Below, piece after piece: positions 60,186 through 64,000 of a DNA stretch of 64,000 nucleotides. Each line of letters opens with the position of its first letter. Position 1 is the first letter of the stretch. The notes under the pieces were generated by a model. It saw only the letters and a list, made by a program, of their open reading frames with translations, did not search any database and was not told the DNA's origin. This DNA is from Burkholderiales bacterium (GTDB lineage: Bacteria; Pseudomonadota; Gammaproteobacteria; Burkholderiales; SG8-39). Position numbers and translations under genes: made by a program. The stretch lies in the NCBI GenBank assembly GCA_035627155.1, contig DASPMF010000296.1:15335-79334 (forward strand), in the 5' to 3' direction.

Positions 60186-60562
60186 CCAACCCACCTTCCC
60201 CGATCCGGGTCAGCGCGGCGGTGCAGTTCCTGCCGGACCAGTCCGACGAAGCGGCGAGCCGCTACGTATTCGCCTATACGATCAACATCGTCAACGGCGG
60301 ATCCATCGCGGCGCAACTGATCAGCCGCCACTGGATCATCACGGATGCCCAAGGCCTGGTGCAGGAAGTGCGGGGATTGGGCGTGGTCGGCTCACAACCG
60401 CTCCTGCAGCCTGGCGAAAGCTTCGAGTACACCAGCGGCGCGGCCATCGCCACGCCGGTCGGCACCATGCGCGGGAGCTACCAGATGCTGGGATCGGACG
60501 GGACGCGGTTCGAAGCGCCCATACCGGAGTTCACGCTGTCCGTGCCGCGCGTCCTTCACTAA
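60182..60562 (+). CDS. apaG: ApaG (DUF525) protein
   Basis: The ATG overlaps the preceding stop (ATGA). The protein reads ...YVFAYTINIVNGGSIAAQLISRHWIITDAQG...GVVGSQPLLQPGESFEYTSG. Confidence 0.95.
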   Translation: MTNPPSPIRVSAAVQFLPDQSDEAASRYVFAYTINIVNGGSIAAQLISRHWIITDAQGLVQEVRGLGVVGSQPLLQPGESFEYTSGAAIATPVGTMRGSYQMLGSDGTRFEAPIPEFTLSVPRVLH

Positions 60563-60607
60563 GGCTTGTCGTCCGGCTTTTTCTTCTTCGGCCAGGTCCA
60601 CCAGACG

Positions 60608-61843
60608 ATGAACGCGGCGAGGCCGAGCGCGAAGACCATTTCCAGGATCACGACCCACATCGCGTGGATTCTACTGGCGGCCTGCGCGCAGACCCCGCCG
60701 GCTCCGGAGCACGCTGGCGGCGCGCACGCGATGTCGTGCCCGGCTGCGCCGCCGTGCCCGCGTTGCCCGGTATGCCCGCCCGGCAAGCCGGCGCCGGAAA
60801 CCGCGCGCTACGTGCCGGCAACGTTCGAGGTTCTTCCAGGCTGGTCGAACGCCTCCCTTGAACCCGCCTTGCGGGCTTTTCTCGGCAGCTGCCCGCGACC
60901 CGGCGCGCTCGCCTACGCATGCGCGATGGCGCGAACCATTCCGCCGGGCGACGAAAGCGCCGCCCGTCAATTCTTCGAGTCGGCCTTCAGGCCTTACGCG
61001 CTCTTCACCGGCGAAGGCATCGACACCGGCTTGATCACCGGCTACTACGAGCCGATCATCGAAGGGAGCCGGGCACCGACGGCACGGCATCGCTATCCGA
61101 TCTTTGGCGTGCCGGAAGACCTGGTCGTCGTCGATCTCGCCTCCATCAACCCGGACGTGCGCAACATGCGCCTGCGCGGGCGCCTGGAAGGCCGGCGACT
61201 GGTGCCCTACGCCTCGCGCGCCGAGATCGATGCGAAGGGCGCCGCCTTCCCGGCCCCGGTGGTTGCGTGGGCATCCGATCCGGTGGAGCTTTTCTTCCTC
61301 CAGATCCAGGGCTCCGGCCAGGTTCGCCTTCCCGACGGGGAGCGCATGCGCGTCGGGTATGCCGACCAGAACGGGCACCCGTTCCGCTCGTTGGGGCGCC
61401 ACCTCGTCGAGCGCGGCGAGCTCGCGCTCGACCAGGCCTCGATGCAAGGCATCAAGGCTTGGGCGAGCGCCAATCCGGCGAAGCTCCAGGAAGCGCTCAA
61501 CCAGAACCCGAGCTACGTGTTCTTCCGGGAGCTGCCCGCGTCAGGTGCGCCGCTCGGCGCGCTCGGCGTGCCGCTCGCGCCGGGCTACAGCATCGCGGTC
61601 GACCGCCGCTTCGTTCCGTTGGGGGCGCCGGTCTACCTCTCGACGACCTACCCGCTTTCGGAAGTTCCGCTCGAACGACTGATGGCGGCACAGGACACCG
61701 GCGGGGCGATCCGTGGCGTGGTTCGCGCGGATTTCTTCTGGGGCACAGGCCCCGAGGCCGGCGAGGCCGCGGGCCGCATGCGCCAGCAAGGACGCCTGTG
61801 GCTGCTCTGGCCGCGCGACGAGCCGCTTCCGCGCGGGGAGTGA
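60608..61843 (+). CDS. mltA: Membrane-bound lytic murein transglycosylase A (lipoprotein)
   Basis: ORF 60566..61843. I chose the ATG at 60608, giving MNAARPSAKTISRITTHIAWILLAAC with the lipobox LLAAC. The MltA and 3D-domain motifs are ...GYYEPIIEGS..., FFLQIQGSG and DTGGAIRG. Confidence 0.88.
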   Translation: MNAARPSAKTISRITTHIAWILLAACAQTPPAPEHAGGAHAMSCPAAPPCPRCPVCPPGKPAPETARYVPATFEVLPGWSNASLEPALRAFLGSCPRPGALAYACAMARTIPPGDESAARQFFESAFRPYALFTGEGIDTGLITGYYEPIIEGSRAPTARHRYPIFGVPEDLVVVDLASINPDVRNMRLRGRLEGRRLVPYASRAEIDAKGAAFPAPVVAWASDPVELFFLQIQGSGQVRLPDGERMRVGYADQNGHPFRSLGRHLVERGELALDQASMQGIKAWASANPAKLQEALNQNPSYVFFRELPASGAPLGALGVPLAPGYSIAVDRRFVPLGAPVYLSTTYPLSEVPLERLMAAQDTGGAIRGVVRADFFWGTGPEAGEAAGRMRQQGRLWLLWPRDEPLPRGE

Positions 61844-64000
61844 TGGACGAGCAACTGCGGTCCGCGCTGCGCGAAGCGGTTTCCCTCCATCAGTCGGGGC
61901 GGTTCGAGGAGGCGGCAGAACGCTATCGCAACGTGCTCGAAGCCGACCCGGAGAACCCTTTCGCGTTGCAGCTCCTCGGCACGTTGCAAGCGCAACAAGG
62001 CCGCTACGACGACGCCGTCGAGCTCTTCGACCGGGCGATCGCCCGCAAGCCCGACTATCCGGATGCACACAACAACCGGGGCAGCGCATTGAAAGCGCTC
62101 GGTCGGGTGGGGGAAGCGCTCCAGAGCGTCGAGCGGGCGCTCGCGCTCGATCCGGCTTATGCGGACGCACACAACAACCGGGGCGCACTGCTCCACGAGC
62201 TCGGTCGACCCGGCGAGGCGATCGCCAGCTTCGATCGCGCCCTGCAACTCCAGCCGCGCTTCACGCAGGCGCTATCCAACCGCGCGGACGCGCTCCGGGC
62301 GGCCGGGCGACGGGAGGAGGCCCTGGCGGCGTACGAGGAAGCCATCGCGCTCGAGCCCGGCAAGGCCGAGCTCCACTACAACCGGGGCAACGTCCTCGCG
62401 GCGCTCGAGCGGAGCGAAGAGGCACTCGAGAGCTACGACCGCGCCATCGCCGTCGCCCCTCGCCATGCATCGGCGCACAATAACCGCGGCGTGGTGCTCG
62501 CGAAGCTCAGAAGATTCGACGAGGCGCTCGGGAGCTACGATATCGCGCTGCAGTGCCTGCCGGCATTTTCCAAGGCGCACAACAACCGGGGAAACGCGCT
62601 TCGAGACCTGCGCCGCCTGCAGGAGGCGCTCGCGAGCTATGAGCGTGCGCTGCAGCTGCAACCGGACTACGCCGACGCGCACTACAACCGCGGCCTGCTC
62701 TTCGAAGAGCTGAAGCGGCTCGATGAGGCGGTCGAGAGCTATGGGCGGGCGCTGCAGCTTGCGCCGGACTACCCCTACCTGCGCGGAACCTGGTTGCTGG
62801 CCAGGATGCAGGTCTGCGACTGGACGGACTATGACGTCGAGCTCCGACGACTGGCGGACGGCGTTCGCTCCGGGGCCAAGGCGGGCCCGCCCTTTCCCGT
62901 CATGACGCTCATCGACGACCCGGCGCTCCAGCGCCTCGCCTCCGAGACCTGGGTGCAGGACAAGCATCCCGGCAGCGCGTCGCTCGGCGACATTGCGAGG
63001 CGTGCGCCCTCCCGGAGGATCCGCCTCGGCTACTACTCCGCCGACTTCCACGAGCACGCCTCGACCTATCTCATGGCGGAGATGTTCGAGAAGCACGATC
63101 CGGCGCGCTTCGAGCTCGTCGCGTTTTCCTTCGGGCCAGAGAAAGTCGATTCGATGCGAAGGCGCGTAGCCGCTGCGTTCGATGAGTTCATCGACGTGCA
63201 GGCCCGCTCGGAGCGGGAAATCGCCGCCCTCTCGCGGCAGAAGCAGATCGACATTGCAGTGGACCTGAAGGGATTCACGCGCGACAGCCGCGGCGCCATC
63301 TTTTCCTACCGGGCGGCGCCCATCCAGGTCGCCTACATGGGGTTCCCGTCGAGCTCGGGCGCGCCGTACATCGACTATCTCGTCGCCGACGATACGGTGA
63401 TTCCGCCTGAATCACGGCAAAGCTACCTCGAGAACATCGTATGGCTGCCGGGCAGCTACATGGTCAACGACAGCCAGCGGCGGATCGCCGAAGCGACGCC
63501 TTCGCGAGCGGAGCTTGGCCTGCCGCCGGGCGGGTTCGTCTTCTGCTCCTTCAACAACAGCTTCAAGATCACGCCGGGCGTGCTTGACAGTTGGACGCGC
63601 ATCCTGCGCGCGGTGGAGGGCAGCGTGCTGTGGCTGCTGGAGGACAATCCATGGGCGGCGCGCAACCTTCGCAGCGAAGCGGAGCGCCGTGGCGTGCGCG
63701 GCAACCGGATCGTCTTCGCGCCCCGGCTTCCGCTGGCCGAGCACCTGGCGCGCCATCGCGCGGCGGACCTGTTCCTCGATACGCTGCCATGCAACGCGCA
63801 CACGACGGCGAGCGATGCCCTCTGGGCCGGGCTTCCCGTGCTGACCCGCAAAGGCAAGTCCTTCGCGGGCCGGATCGCGGCCAGCGTTGTCTACGCCGTC
63901 GATCTTCCGGAACTGGTCGTCGATTCGGAGCAAGCGTACGAGGCCCGCGCCATCGAGCTCGCCCGTTCGCCGGCGCGGTTGCGCGAATTAAAGGCCCGGC
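61844..64000 (+). CDS. TPR-repeat protein fused to a GT41 (O-GlcNAc transferase / SPINDLY-family, COG3914-like) domain; 3' end beyond the window
   Basis: Not in the ORF track because there is no stop in the window. The ATG at 61844 directly follows the mltA TGA. My translation reads MDEQLRSALREAVSLHQSGRFEEAAERYRNVLEADPEN..., with about 9 TPR units of recurring AHNNRG. It continues ...RIRLGYYSADFHEHASTYLMAEMFEKHD..., GFVFCSFNNSFKITP and ADLFLDTLPCNAHTTASDALWAGLPVLT. Confidence 0.88.

Noticed and set aside
61900-62800. A 102-nt periodic DNA repeat (GCxCACAACAACCGGGG recurring at 62065, 62167, 62473 and 62575)
   Set aside because: The period equals one 34-aa TPR unit (AHNNRG motif) inside an intact reading frame. 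It is a protein repeat, not a CRISPR array or non-coding tandem array.

Overview
This is a visibly high-GC, very gene-dense chromosomal region with about 60 protein genes, nearly all tightly packed. Many neighbouring genes are linked by 4-nt ATGA/GTGA start-stop overlaps. Gene order looks betaproteobacterial or gamma-like core: MFS-ssb divergent from uvrA; rplM-rpsI-argC-...-erpA-...-M23 peptidase/tyrS; rpe next to trpEGDC; apaG-mltA. I saw no rRNA, tRNA, CRISPR array, transposase, integrase or phage genes. The many long alternate-frame ORFs in the track are Arg/Ala/Pro/Gly-rich GC artefacts. I did not find a clear-cut new multi-gene system such as a defence island. The observations most worth a second look are: (1) a Trp-codon-rich leader ORF plus GC hairpin between rpe and trpE, a candidate attenuator; (2) an exact 15-nt palindrome-containing motif in inverted orientation on both sides of a tetR gene, a candidate operator pair; (3) a single transcription-unit-like string of TPR-GT9 / apaG / mltA / TPR-GT41, which places two TPR-glycosyltransferase fusions around apaG-mltA; (4) an exported multidomain caspase-like protease; (5) a six-gene overlapping string of MaoC hydratase, orphan binding protein, CitE-like lyase, thioesterase, hydrolase and lipoprotein aminopeptidase; (6) a signal-peptide-bearing SAM methyltransferase coupled to a TlpA thiol-disulfide oxidoreductase; (7) a frameshifted alpha/beta hydrolase; (8) terminator-type hairpins sitting only 10-25 nt upstream of the next start codon in four places. 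All family assignments come from reading motifs by eye, and no database search was run.
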